From positions 3,744,001 to 3,808,000 of the forward strand of contig CBDHHL010000032.1 in assembly GCA_965263355.1 (NCBI GenBank): DNA of 64,000 nucleotides. Reading direction: 5' to 3'. A program made the position numbers and the translations under genes. Shown one piece after another: positions 63,750-64,000 of this stretch (its first letter is position 1; the number at the start of each line of letters is the position of its first letter). This DNA comes from Leptolyngbyaceae cyanobacterium. GTDB taxonomy: Bacteria; Cyanobacteriota; Cyanobacteriia; Phormidesmidales; Phormidesmidaceae. Below the pieces are notes generated by a model that saw nothing but the letters and a program-made list of their open reading frames with translations, ran no database searches and was not told the origin of the DNA.

Positions 63750-64000
63750 ATGGCTGCCGATAAATCTAGGAATCTCAATTCTCGTCAACAACAGGTGATG
63801 CGAGCAACGGTGCGTCACTATGTATCGACGGCAGAACCTGTCGGTTCAAAAGCGTTGCTAGATGCTTATGACCTGAATGTCAGTTCAGCAACGGTTCGCA
63901 ATGTGATGGGGGTACTGGAGCGCGCTGGTTTTTTATATCAGCCCTACACGTCAGCCGGTCGAGTACCTTCTGATTCTGGCTATCGCCTTTACGTAGATGA
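63750..64000 (+). CDS. hrcA: Heat-inducible transcription repressor HrcA (3'-truncated by window edge; not in ORF track)
   Basis: [34 protein letters not shown]...[35 protein letters not shown]. Confidence 0.95.
   Translation, partial: MAADKSRNLNSRQQQVMRATVRHYVSTAEPVGSKALLDAYDLNVSSATVRNVMGVLERAGFLYQPYTSAGRVPSDSGYRLYVD

Noticed and set aside
63528..63818. 96-aa minus-strand ORF
   Set aside because: It overlaps the hrcA start and promoter on the opposite strand, with no coding signature.

Overview
Chromosomal window from a cyanobacterium: psaF/psaJ, RbcR-type LysR, devH, Tic22 and frequent HIP1 (GCGATCGC) octamers. It is probably a filamentous Leptolyngbya-like strain, which is an inference. 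Most of the window is core genome: avtA, rimM, murA, lpdA, trpC, tsaD, coaBC, purH, gmd, queF, glnB, folC, pilMNOQ, HU, dcd, hrcA and three tRNAs. The first ~12 kb is accessory and holds the best candidate for an undescribed system. A co-oriented operon of Rieske oxygenase, alpha-oxoamine synthase (SPT-like), bCerS-like GNAT N-acyltransferase and SDR reductase reproduces the gene set of bacterial ceramide synthesis, plus an extra oxygenase. It is flanked by a DevC/DevA-type ABC exporter and a divergent MFS + HTTM-like operon. Other observations are a patch of three pseudogenes (one a TM-pentapeptide-PLD-like fusion), a 139-bp MITE with an 8-bp target-site duplication, and a catalytically degenerate RAYT-like transposase with REP-like palindromes elsewhere in the window. 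There is also a murA that needs a non-canonical start codon, a peptidase ORF ending inside a tRNA, a Yfr2-like sRNA, tandem NrdR-like boxes, and a charge-block repeat protein. All calls come from reading motifs and recalled family knowledge; no searches were run.
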